IMG/VR virus record: IMGVR_UViG_3300033463_000004
Location: 96,001-160,000 of that record
Strand: one strand, 5' to 3'
Source of the DNA: a virus
Lineage: Duplodnaviria > Caudoviricetes
DNA length: 64,000 nucleotides
In this document: one piece after another, positions 20,707-29,866 of the stretch
How the letters are laid out: each line of letters begins with the position of its first letter
Numbering within the stretch: the stretch's first letter is position 1
Translations under genes and position numbers: made by a program
Notes under the pieces: generated by a model
What the model saw: the letters and a program-made list of their open reading frames with translations, nothing else
Told to the model about the DNA's origin: nothing
Databases searched by the model: none

Positions 20707-21300
20707 TTATTCAGAATCTTTCTGAAACTTCTTCAACACCGAATCGATTTCATTCTGCAACAAGGTGTACAAACTGGAGATCTTCTGATAATACATCAGA
20801 TTCTCACCATAGCTCAAGTTCACAAACTTATTGAGCGCGTAATCTTGCGCGTTTGTGAGTACGCGATTCAATCGATTGATTGACTTGTCGTTTTGAGCAA
20901 CGACATCACTTGGAAGAATTGGTAAGATAGCCTGAAGATTTTCTAGTGTCTCCTGAATCTCATCATTCTTATTCAGCAATTGCTGATAAAGCTGTTGATT
21001 CAAAACATCATTCGCTTTTTGAGAAAGATTTTGATTCTGAGTTTCACCTTCACCTTCTTGGTTTTCATCCTCAGGTTGTCCTTCCATGTCTCCTCCGTTT
21101 TCATCGAAGCTTAAATCTTCCATCCCACCACCTGGTTCTGGTGGAAGATCTTCTGCTCCCATGTCAGACGGTGGTTGTTCGTTTGTTTGACCTTGTTGCT
21201 GATCTGTTGCTTCGGCTGGAGGATCTTCTGTCGGTGTGAATGGTTCGAGGAGATCTCCGTCTGCCTCCATAACAGTATAGAACAAGTTCTTATCATCCAT
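20707..21300 (-). CDS. Acidic scaffold/prohead-core-like protein
   Basis: Start MDDKN at 21300 (RBS AGAGGTG); VMEA motif, acidic Pro-rich N-half, helical C-half; immediately upstream of the MCP. Confidence 0.5.
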   Translation of the reverse strand: MDDKNLFYTVMEADGDLLEPFTPTEDPPAEATDQQQGQTNEQPPSDMGAEDLPPEPGGGMEDLSFDENGGDMEGQPEDENQEGEGETQNQNLSQKANDVLNQQLYQQLLNKNDEIQETLENLQAILPILPSDVVAQNDKSINRLNRVLTNAQDYALNKFVNLSYGENLMYYQKISSLYTLLQNEIDSVLKKFQKDSE

Positions 21301-21321
21301 CCTGAACAATCACCTCTTTCA

Positions 21322-24060
21322 TTAGTAAACCGACTTCGGATTTGCAAGCGATTGCTTACGAGCATTAGTTGACATATCGACAAGTTTCTGACGCATACGC
21401 ATCAGTTTGTATAACTCTTGACGATCATCATCTGATTGTTTTTCACCCCAACGTGAACCATGTTTCAAATGTTCGATTTTTTCATCGATGATTTGAATCT
21501 CAGTTGCAATCTCTTGATTTGCTTCTTTACGCAAACGATCTCTGTCGATGAGTTTCGCACCTTCAATACCAAGATCCAAGAATCCAAGCCAAGGTGCAAT
21601 AGAATAGAACAATGCAAACTTTCCAGTTTTAATTGCTATTCTTCCGATTTTGTAAAGTGCAGATCGATAAGATGGGTTTTCAATCAGATCAGCTTTTACA
21701 CGATCTTCATCTCTCTTAATGAAAGAATCAACCATGGTACGCAACCAATTCTTTGTCCGAGTGATCGGTTTCTGAATTGCTTTGCCGGTGTTCATCACTT
21801 TTTGTACACCGCGTTTCGCTGCCTGCTGAGCAGGAAGCGTTTTTCTGTCGGCATCCATAGCGGCTGTCAACATATCTCCCTGTGGAGGTTTGCCAGAATC
21901 CGATTCGACAAATAGGGGCTCTTCGGAATTCAGAAGTGCAAAGACTTCTTGGACACTTTTTCCAGTAGAAAAAGTATCTGAATCCTTAGAATTTGAAGAA
22001 GGTCTGGTATTATCATAATTGTTTATAGGCTTATTACGAGATGCAGAATTTGTACGTTTATTCACAGACAAATCATTGTTGGTTGTCGTAATATTCGACG
22101 TATGCGATCTATTTGAAAGATCATTCGTCGTATTATGTGAATTCGTATAATTATTCGTAATATTATAAACAACTGTACCAGGTCCACCCTTAGATGCCGG
22201 TTTCACTTCACCCTTGTAATCCGCTCCAAGCATGTCACCGAGTGAGGTTGCATTTGTATCCAACCTTGCATCGATAGAACTTGCTAAATCTTCCGGTTTA
22301 TTTGCAGGAACATCAGGAGGTAACTGAATGTCTGTGATCATAGGATCAATTTCTCCAGTTGAATCCATTCTGTTCCTCATGTATTCCGGAACTTCGATGT
22401 CATCTTCTTCATCGTCATCTGTATTATTTGCTGTACGTTTCTTGGTTTTATTTTTGATTTCTTCATTCGGTTTCTTCTTTTGCTCATCAGACATACCAAG
22501 TCGTGCTTTCAGATAACTTGGCATTTCACCGTTCTCTGCAGCTTCCTGAACATAGTTGTCAATCATAATTGCAGATACACCTTTATTATACAAAGCATCA
22601 CCGATTGTATCAATATCAGCATCAACTGCATCATGGAAAGACTCACAATATCTCATATCAGAAATGGAAAGATCACCAAGTTCTTTCATCAATTCCATTG
22701 CATATTCTGTAACTTGAGAAGAACCTTCGATGGTTTTCTTTGTTTCCTTTTTCTTTTGATATGGATTTGCTGCATGTGAATTTTTGTTAATTCTTGAACG
22801 GATACGCTTGATGAACCCATCCAATGTTTCTTCTTCTTTTTTCTTTTCATCCATTACATGATAAAGAATCGTGAAATATATGTGAGAGTCGAAGATGTTG
22901 AATGTAGTCAGAAGTGTATTGTTGGAAATAACAATGTTTTCATTGTTAACCAAATTCAGTTTGAAGAAATCTTCAAGGAATTGAATCGTACCTTCTTTAT
23001 CAGTTTTAAATGTCGAGAACAAATCGATTCTGGAGAATCTTTTTGCTCCTTCATTCTGTCTGATAATAGAAGCATAGGACTTTGTATAGTCTTTGAATTC
23101 TTCCTTGTCGGTTTCTGCAACTTTATCCGGATTTACAAAAACACGAACAAGAATTGCAGGAACAACTGCATTTCTGAAAGCATACGGATTGATTGTTGCT
23201 GTCTTGAATAATGCTGCCAAATCATCCGTATTTTCACAAGCTCTCAAACGTTTCAACATATCATTGATTGCAGATGTGAATTGTTTTGAGATTTGCCATT
23301 TACCCTTTGAATACCGTATACCTTCAACGGCTTCTGTGAAATAATCAATCTTTGCAGCTTCCTGTACAGAATCATTGATAATGATTTCACAATCTTGCAA
23401 ATCACCAAATGCTTGGAAACGTTGAATTTCCGTATCAGGTTCCATTTCTTCCGGTAATTTAATTTGATCATTATCAAAAATGCTGTTGACATAATCTGAT
23501 GCGTCAAATAACTTATATTCGCCGGGAAGCTTTGCAATTGCATCCAATTCTGGCATTGGAATTGGTGCTGTGAATATAGTGATTGCATCACGATACATCG
23601 ATGGTTTAGTAAATAATTCAAATGAATAGATACCATTCATCAATGATTCGTATTTGTCAAAGTTATTTGTAATATATTGGAGAACCTTGAATCCAATGAA
23701 TGCATGGAACATATCGGAAGCATGTTTATCTTCTCCAGAAATAATCTTCACCCAAGGATTATTTGCATCAGTGGGAACTTCTTCAACGGCTTCTGTCACA
23801 TCGCCGGGTGTTGCAGCAGCTTTTCCGACAATATTTTTCAATTCATTCAATGTTTCAACTGCTTTATTTGGATCTTCGATCCAAGATGGCTCAATATTAT
23901 TCAACCATGACAATGTTCTTGCCATGATTCTATCAAGCTCAAAATCATTATTCACGACAGGAAATGATTTTGTTTTGAATCCAGAAGCAAAAAAGTTATT
24001 CATTGAATCAATAGCTACTTTGATATTATCAAAATAACTTTTGTCAATTACAATTTGCAT
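21322..24060 (-). CDS. Large putative internal head protein (912 aa)
   Basis: RBS AAAGGAG; multiple SVQEA/YFTEA/YVQEA/FVES motifs; N/T-rich low-complexity segment; hydrophobic hairpin near the C-terminus. Confidence 0.6.
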   Translation of the reverse strand: MQIVIDKSYFDNIKVAIDSMNNFFASGFKTKSFPVVNNDFELDRIMARTLSWLNNIEPSWIEDPNKAVETLNELKNIVGKAAATPGDVTEAVEEVPTDANNPWVKIISGEDKHASDMFHAFIGFKVLQYITNNFDKYESLMNGIYSFELFTKPSMYRDAITIFTAPIPMPELDAIAKLPGEYKLFDASDYVNSIFDNDQIKLPEEMEPDTEIQRFQAFGDLQDCEIIINDSVQEAAKIDYFTEAVEGIRYSKGKWQISKQFTSAINDMLKRLRACENTDDLAALFKTATINPYAFRNAVVPAILVRVFVNPDKVAETDKEEFKDYTKSYASIIRQNEGAKRFSRIDLFSTFKTDKEGTIQFLEDFFKLNLVNNENIVISNNTLLTTFNIFDSHIYFTILYHVMDEKKKEEETLDGFIKRIRSRINKNSHAANPYQKKKETKKTIEGSSQVTEYAMELMKELGDLSISDMRYCESFHDAVDADIDTIGDALYNKGVSAIMIDNYVQEAAENGEMPSYLKARLGMSDEQKKKPNEEIKNKTKKRTANNTDDDEEDDIEVPEYMRNRMDSTGEIDPMITDIQLPPDVPANKPEDLASSIDARLDTNATSLGDMLGADYKGEVKPASKGGPGTVVYNITNNYTNSHNTTNDLSNRSHTSNITTTNNDLSVNKRTNSASRNKPINNYDNTRPSSNSKDSDTFSTGKSVQEVFALLNSEEPLFVESDSGKPPQGDMLTAAMDADRKTLPAQQAAKRGVQKVMNTGKAIQKPITRTKNWLRTMVDSFIKRDEDRVKADLIENPSYRSALYKIGRIAIKTGKFALFYSIAPWLGFLDLGIEGAKLIDRDRLRKEANQEIATEIQIIDEKIEHLKHGSRWGEKQSDDDRQELYKLMRMRQKLVDMSTNARKQSLANPKSVY

Positions 24061-24097
24061 TGTGATATTTCAACTCCTTTCCATAGATTTGATTATG

Positions 24098-25177
24098 TTA
24101 CGTTGAGACAATACGTGCTTGATCTCTCGCCCCGCGGTCATGTTCCCACGCTTGCCAAATTGTAGTAACATAAGTATTGAGCATTTTAAGGAATCTGCTA
24201 TATTGCCGGAGAATCTGGGCAAGAACTGTTGTTACTTCACCATTACCTTCTTGCTCACTTTGTATTGCGTTGAGTCGAGATATCTTTTCTTCAACAAAGC
24301 TGATTAATTCATTGCATGAATTAATATTTTCCTCGTTTGTTTTCTTAAACTCTTCCATTTTTGCAACGAATTCAGAATCCTTGATTTTGATATTTCCACC
24401 ACCATTATATTGATAGCTGCCGAGTTCATTTTGTGCTTTTGCGATCCCTTTAGCCCAATTCTTTATCGTGTTAAGATGGCTTTGTAAATTCTCAATAGTG
24501 ACATCTTTATCGAATTCTTTAGAAAGACTTTTTTCACACTCACGGAACCATTCTGCCTGAATGAACAATTTATCGATGTCACCATTCTCACCCTGACCGA
24601 ATAAAATGGATGATATGACTTTATACACATCGCCCGTTTTGGTATTCTCCATGGGCGCGTTGTCTCTCAATGATTCAGTCGGAGCCGTGAGTTCAACAGG
24701 CTCTTCTTTTTTGTCATTTTCCGGTACTGACTCCGGTTCTGGTTCTGGGATAGGATTATTTTGCACGGGTTCTTTCGGAGCGATTGTTTGTTGTGTGCTC
24801 ACCGGCCTGTCAAGAGACTGTTTCATCTCTCGAACATCCGCTTCCATTCGTTCAGTAACTTTCTTATTCTTTGAGAAAAGTTTCTTGCATAAACGAATGA
24901 TTGCAGCAATCAATCTTGGAATTACCATTGCGATACGTTTCGCTACAGATTCATCCTTTGTTCCAAATATTGGTGCATTAGTATCAGCCTTAAACTTATC
25001 CCATCTTTCACCTTCTTGGAAGATTTCGAATGATGATGTATCTGTTGTATCATCGCAATTTTCAAGAATTGTCAATGCTTTATCATATGAATCAATCAAT
25101 GATTCCAACACATTGATTTCAGCATCAATTGAGTCCATATCAATATTATCAACTGATCTTAACAATTCATCATACAT
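24098..25177 (-). CDS. Putative internal head protein, paralog family member 2
   Basis: N-terminal ~105 aa closely similar to the 36202 gene (DAEINV.ESLI.SYDK...FEIFQEGE.WDKFK.DT.AP.FG). Confidence 0.7.
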   Translation of the reverse strand: MYDELLRSVDNIDMDSIDAEINVLESLIDSYDKALTILENCDDTTDTSSFEIFQEGERWDKFKADTNAPIFGTKDESVAKRIAMVIPRLIAAIIRLCKKLFSKNKKVTERMEADVREMKQSLDRPVSTQQTIAPKEPVQNNPIPEPEPESVPENDKKEEPVELTAPTESLRDNAPMENTKTGDVYKVISSILFGQGENGDIDKLFIQAEWFRECEKSLSKEFDKDVTIENLQSHLNTIKNWAKGIAKAQNELGSYQYNGGGNIKIKDSEFVAKMEEFKKTNEENINSCNELISFVEEKISRLNAIQSEQEGNGEVTTVLAQILRQYSRFLKMLNTYVTTIWQAWEHDRGARDQARIVST

Positions 25178-25193
25178 AAAACATCAACTCCTT

Positions 25194-25682
25194 TCATGAA
25201 TATGAATCGATATATTTGATTCGGGTATATATCTGACCCAATTGATTATATGTAATACCAACAACAACGTTCTGACCTTTCTGATGATATGTCAGATTTT
25301 CTGTACCTGATATACGTATAATCAATGCAGAATGTCCATCACTTGTAATGTCATTGAAAACATCGATGGTGATTCCAACATATCCAAGAACATTCATCTG
25401 ATCTTCCAATTTACTTTTAATCGTATTTGGAATTGTTTTATCATCAGAATATTCATGTAAATATTGTTCAATATCGATCCCCAACTCGGGGATCGAAGGA
25501 AATTGACCAGGTTTCATTTTCAGCAACATGAGAATTGAATTTACACACATTTCAAATGTTGGAATGACCTTTGGTTTATTCATCTCATCGACGTCGAACA
25601 GAACATCATATCCGAGGGTCTGTAAAACCCTCGGATATTTTGTATTAATTTCAGCAAGATAAATACCTTTTGGATCAAGCAT
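25194..25682 (-). CDS. gp25/GpW-like baseplate or sheath-initiator protein
   Basis: ILMLLKMKPGQFPSIPELGIDIEQYLHE matches the gp25-family L.T..GE.P..P.FG..L..LLFE pattern; start at 25682 with RBS GAGGTG. Confidence 0.6.
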   Translation of the reverse strand: MLDPKGIYLAEINTKYPRVLQTLGYDVLFDVDEMNKPKVIPTFEMCVNSILMLLKMKPGQFPSIPELGIDIEQYLHEYSDDKTIPNTIKSKLEDQMNVLGYVGITIDVFNDITSDGHSALIIRISGTENLTYHQKGQNVVVGITYNQLGQIYTRIKYIDSYS

Positions 25683-25692
25683 GAGGATCACC

Positions 25693-26580
25693 TCATTTAA
25701 GTCCGCGATTCATCAGAATATCCAATGCTTCACGTCTGACTTCGCCACGAAGTGGAATACGCATTTTGCATCCATCGGCTTGTTCAACAACAATGGATTC
25801 ATTTTGAATACCCATCAATTCATCAACCGAAATTTCGAACGATTCGCAGATTGCACGCATATCTTCAGATTGCTCTGAACAATATTGTGCAAGATTCTTC
25901 AAGAAGATGACACATTCAGATGTTTTCTCCGGAATGACACTTTCTTGATGAATGATTGGTGCAACATCGCCATCTGCTCCTTCATGTGAAGGATAATCAA
26001 CCATGTCATATGTGATAACTTTTGTAACACGCATGTTTGGTTGATTATATCCCGCATTCGGAATCATTGTACCGAGTAAACGAACAGAGAATGATGGGAC
26101 CATACCGAGATCAATAATCTCTTCAGCAACTTGTTGACCACATGCACATCCAGGATCGGTTGTGATAATCGCTTTATAACGATCACCTTCCAAACGATTC
26201 TTTCTGAGAATGTGTGAACAACGTGTCGGCTCTGGAATTGTCATACGAATATCAGTTAAACGTTCACCGGCAATATCCGGATTCGGATGATTCAATTCAC
26301 CACGCCAATCATTCTTACGTTTTAATTCCGCAATACGTTCATCTTTATCCACGACAGCACAATAGTTGACGGGATCATAGCGGCGTCTCATGCGGTTATA
26401 ACAGCCGAATGTTTGAACAGTTGCATCAAATTCGACATATGCATGCCCATTCACAGAACGGAACTGTTTGAAACCACGGGGATCATCCTTATAACTTGCA
26501 AGACCACATTCAATTGGTGCTTCTTGCACATAACACGCAGTCTCATACTTGTTGCTCTGTGTGCTTTTCTTTACAAGCAT
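25693..26580 (-). CDS. Prohead core protease (T4 gp21-like)
   Basis: GELNHP, SFSVRLLG and TYDMVDYPSH motifs correspond to the His/Ser/Asp motifs of gp21-type proteases; own YVQEA and HQES sites. Confidence 0.8.
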   Translation of the reverse strand: MLVKKSTQSNKYETACYVQEAPIECGLASYKDDPRGFKQFRSVNGHAYVEFDATVQTFGCYNRMRRRYDPVNYCAVVDKDERIAELKRKNDWRGELNHPNPDIAGERLTDIRMTIPEPTRCSHILRKNRLEGDRYKAIITTDPGCACGQQVAEEIIDLGMVPSFSVRLLGTMIPNAGYNQPNMRVTKVITYDMVDYPSHEGADGDVAPIIHQESVIPEKTSECVIFLKNLAQYCSEQSEDMRAICESFEISVDELMGIQNESIVVEQADGCKMRIPLRGEVRREALDILMNRGLK

Positions 26581-26610
26581 TCCTTAAACCTCCTTCTTTA
26601 TATAGTATAA

Positions 26611-27888
26611 TTATACTTCGGATGAACTCAAAAGTTTATCAACAACATCATTGATTCGTTGCATGATATACGTTGCAACAAAACAAATGTATGCTTTGAT
26701 AATTGTGTCATTGGATTCTCCGTATTTTCGACACATTGGAATGATTACAGGTTTTCCTGGCAAAGCACGATCGACTGCTGTTGGAAACTTTGTGATTCTT
26801 CCAATGTATTTCGAAGTATTGATATCAGAGATTTTGTTTCCTTCTTTTGTAATAAATACAAAAAGAATCAAATCAATAATTTTACCGATATCTTTCTTTT
26901 CAACTCGTTGCGCGAAGTTATATAATACTTCCGGTTGTTTGATTGCTTTCAAATTCGCAATTGCTTTGTATGTGGAATTCATTCTACGATACAAATCATC
27001 ACCATTTGAAATACGTCTCAAAAGATTCGTGCGAATCTTTGTGAGCTCCAATGTTTCAACCGTTGTTGTATCATCAGTGTCTTCTGCAACAGAATTGTTT
27101 GCTTCAACGTCAGCGTAGTAACGTTGTGCAAGTGTTCTCATATTCTGACGGAAAGTGTTTCGTACACGATTCAACATATCCGCAAGAATCTGAGGTGTCA
27201 AACCCAAACCAATCTTGGTACGATAGAATGCGTAACATGTCTCAATAGATTCACCTATCCATGTGACCATGTTTTCATCTTTCACGATATTCCAGGATCG
27301 GTCTAAGTGCATATAGGTGTACTCCATAATTGACGGGATAGGAGGTGAAGGGAATGACATTGCAAATGACATCTGATACGATGTCAATCCATATTGTTGA
27401 CGTGCGGAATCACGTAAACGATTCCGCCCTTTGTAACCTTCTTTACCGATCAACAAAGCATCGTTTGGATCGACTGCTGTAATTGAATCAGAATATATCA
27501 TTGCCATCACATGAATAATGTTCGTTGGATATGCAACGATAGAATTCCAATCAGATGCATTTACATGTTTTTGAAGAATTTCTTTAATAAGTTTCTTCAT
27601 TTCGACAGGAGTGAAACCAAACAATCCCAAAACATCATCGACATATCTACGAGGATATATGACTTTTGTTGTTGGAAATTGTTTTGCAAGCATCTCCGCA
27701 TTGAGATCAATAAACTCATTACCCAAATCCAGATATTTTTTCAATCCAGATGGTGTCTTCAAAACTTTGATGACAGGGTCCAACAGTTTTTCTTGAATCT
27801 CAATGCGACCTTCATCTGTCAAAGCAGATTCTTCGATGAAATGCATTGCTTCCTCTTCGGAAAGAAAGGATTGTTCCATAAAAAACAT
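26611..27888 (-). CDS. Hypothetical protein, probably virion-associated (425 aa)
   Basis: Long ORF in the head/RNAP block; acidic N-terminus with FMEQ/IEES/IQE motifs. Confidence 0.6.
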   Translation of the reverse strand: MFFMEQSFLSEEEAMHFIEESALTDEGRIEIQEKLLDPVIKVLKTPSGLKKYLDLGNEFIDLNAEMLAKQFPTTKVIYPRRYVDDVLGLFGFTPVEMKKLIKEILQKHVNASDWNSIVAYPTNIIHVMAMIYSDSITAVDPNDALLIGKEGYKGRNRLRDSARQQYGLTSYQMSFAMSFPSPPIPSIMEYTYMHLDRSWNIVKDENMVTWIGESIETCYAFYRTKIGLGLTPQILADMLNRVRNTFRQNMRTLAQRYYADVEANNSVAEDTDDTTTVETLELTKIRTNLLRRISNGDDLYRRMNSTYKAIANLKAIKQPEVLYNFAQRVEKKDIGKIIDLILFVFITKEGNKISDINTSKYIGRITKFPTAVDRALPGKPVIIPMCRKYGESNDTIIKAYICFVATYIMQRINDVVDKLLSSSEV

Positions 27889-27906
27889 ATTGGACCCACC
27901 CTTTCA

Positions 27907-28455
27907 TCAACGACGATTTCTCTTTTTCTTATTACCAGTATTACGCGGTTTATCCTCTTCGGACTCACCAGTAGTTTCTTCAGCAGCGGTCTCTTCAACA
28001 GGAACAACTTCTTCGATTGTCTCTTCAACAGTTTCATCGACAGTATCTTCAACAATCGGAGTCTCCTCAACAATTTCAGAAACCTCTTCGACAGGTTCCT
28101 CGATTACAGGAGTTTCTTGTTCTTCAGGAGCTGAGACAGTTTCTTCTTTAGCCGGAACTTCAATAATCGGATCCGGTTCAGTAACTGTCTCAGCAATAGG
28201 AGCAGCTTCAACGACTTCTTCCTTAACCGGGATTGGTTCCGGTTTCACTTCAATAGGTTTAGCCGTCTTTTTCGCGGGAGGCTTCTGTTTAATGAAGTAT
28301 CTCGCTGTAATCAGTTCACCGGTCTCAGCATCGTACACACGGACGTTCTTGAAATTCAACAAACGACGAACGTCATTCTCGGTAAGTTCGATGTTTCGTG
28401 CTGGAAGAATGCCAACACCCGGAAGAGCTCCACGACCAGTTACGTTAACTTTCAT
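27907..28455 (-). CDS. Acidic low-complexity (E/V/P/T-rich) hypothetical protein
   Basis: RBS AAAGGAAG; small globular N-terminus, repetitive EE[TV] segment, basic C-terminal tail. Confidence 0.7.
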   Translation of the reverse strand: MKVNVTGRGALPGVGILPARNIELTENDVRRLLNFKNVRVYDAETGELITARYFIKQKPPAKKTAKPIEVKPEPIPVKEEVVEAAPIAETVTEPDPIIEVPAKEETVSAPEEQETPVIEEPVEEVSEIVEETPIVEDTVDETVEETIEEVVPVEETAAEETTGESEEDKPRNTGNKKKRNRR

Positions 28456-28470
28456 AAAAAACTTCCTTTC

Positions 28471-29223
28471 TTAAATAGATTCACGATTGATATCCTTCAT
28501 GTTTGCATGAAGTCTTTCAATACTATAATAAGACTCTGAAATCAGATCTGTCTTAATGCCCATAGCGGCAAGATACAAATCTGTCTGAAGAACTGTGGGT
28601 TTATCATAGACACCAGTCTTGATGTTTTCCAATTTCACAGAACCAGTACGGGATATTTCATCCAACATATTATCGTATTCTGTAACATTGTCACCACGTG
28701 CTCCAGATATCTCAGAGAGAATCACATCGGCACCTGCACCTGCAAGCAACTCATTCTCGACACCAGTTGTTGTTCCAGCTTTTGATTCACCTTTCACAGC
28801 ACCGGTGTTTTCATCACGATCCGTATCAGAGATCGTCAGACCCGTCTTCTTCATGACCATCTGTTGCGGTCGTTTGATATTGAGATAACCAACAAGTACA
28901 GGTTCCTTGGTTCTTACAGGTCGGTTGGGGTCTGAAGAAAGATGTGGCATGTATACATATTCGAAAAGTTTGATTCCAAGAATATCCGCAGCATTTTCAA
29001 TATTCTCGAATTTTAATCTACGTGATTCTGGACCAAACTCTTCAATATCCACGCGTATATTTGATTTCGGATCCGCAAGAAATCCTTTGATCCATTGGTC
29101 AAATTGTTGATCATTCATCGTTTGAAACATATGACGATATTTCTCTGCGTTCTTTCCAGAAATATCCAATGCTCTCAGAACTTTATCAATCAACGTTTCG
29201 ACTTTCTTACGTTTATCAGTCAT
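28471..29223 (-). CDS. rpoB: Split RNA polymerase beta subunit, C-terminal part (jumbo-phage RNAP, probably virion type)
   Basis: EPVLVGYLNIKRPQQMVMKK...GESKAG..TGVENELLAGAGADVILSEI..ARGDN aligns with the beta C-terminal PVTVGYMY.LKL.H...GGQRFGEME.WAL.AYGA...LQE...KSDD region. Confidence 0.75.
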   Translation of the reverse strand: MTDKRKKVETLIDKVLRALDISGKNAEKYRHMFQTMNDQQFDQWIKGFLADPKSNIRVDIEEFGPESRRLKFENIENAADILGIKLFEYVYMPHLSSDPNRPVRTKEPVLVGYLNIKRPQQMVMKKTGLTISDTDRDENTGAVKGESKAGTTTGVENELLAGAGADVILSEISGARGDNVTEYDNMLDEISRTGSVKLENIKTGVYDKPTVLQTDLYLAAMGIKTDLISESYYSIERLHANMKDINRESI

Positions 29224-29248
29224 TCAACACTTCTCCTTTCGTATGAAG

Positions 29249-29261
29249 TTACTGAAACGTT
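29249..29261 (-). promoter_or_regulatory. Candidate late promoter AACG-N6-TAA
   Basis: AACGTTTCAGTAA upstream of the beta-C gene; same pattern at 35160, 52873 and 62280. Confidence 0.45.
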
Positions 29262-29286
29262 GAAATACACACTTTTCTAAGATTCT

Positions 29287-29310
29287 ATATGTATATTATT
29301 AATCCGAATA
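29287..29310 (+). promoter_or_regulatory. Candidate early promoter ATATGTATATTATT-N5-GAATA
   Basis: Exact 14-mer repeated at 39977(-) and 52908(+), each upstream of an isolated small gene. Confidence 0.65.
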
Positions 29311-29355
29311 AGATAGTGAGAGTCTTATTCATAATAAATGAAAGGGGCATTTATA

Positions 29356-29823
29356 ATGTCTGAGAAAAATTTTATTGAACGCCATCGTGAAAGATACAAA
29401 GAAATCATTGATACGGTAGAACGTATTTTGATGAAAAGCGTCATACCGTCTTTCATCATTTCAATATTATCATTGAAGAAGATGGCAAAGATATTCGGCT
29501 ACAAAAGTATTTCTACATTTCTGAAAGAAGATGACGAAGTTCTTTCGGAGAAATTTGAATCAATGGATCAAGAAACACAGGATCGGTTGTACGACATGTA
29601 CAAAAATGTTGATGTCCAACTCGAAGGTGTTGAAAACATCTGTGATGAAGGCATCAATCAATTGGGTGAAGCTGAAATTGTTTCAAATGTCTTGGATGCC
29701 CTTGATCCGGAATGGGAAAATTCGGATGAGGACACTGATGATAGTGCCATTGAAGACTTTTTATCATCAGAACTTGGAGAGTTCTTTAACGAATTAACCG
29801 AGCTGACTGATGACGATGAATGA
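29356..29823 (+). CDS. Hypothetical acidic protein (probable early gene)
   Basis: ATG at 29356 with RBS AAGGGG; very acidic C-terminus; flanked by the early motif and a terminator. Confidence 0.7.
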   Translation: MSEKNFIERHRERYKEIIDTVERILMKSVIPSFIISILSLKKMAKIFGYKSISTFLKEDDEVLSEKFESMDQETQDRLYDMYKNVDVQLEGVENICDEGINQLGEAEIVSNVLDALDPEWENSDEDTDDSAIEDFLSSELGEFFNELTELTDDDE

Positions 29824-29825
29824 TT

Positions 29826-29859
29826 TAAATGAATGGGGGCAAATGCCCCCATTCATTTA
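29826..29859. terminator. Bidirectional terminator
   Basis: TAAATGAATGGGGGC-aaat-GCCCCCATTCATTTA plus T-tract, between convergent genes. Confidence 0.85.
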
Positions 29860-29866
29860 TTTTTTT

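Noticed and set aside
26611-27888. Possible extra RNAP subunit or specificity factor near the beta-C gene
   Set aside because: No recognisable RNAP or sigma motif by eye; proximity alone is insufficient without a profile or structure search.
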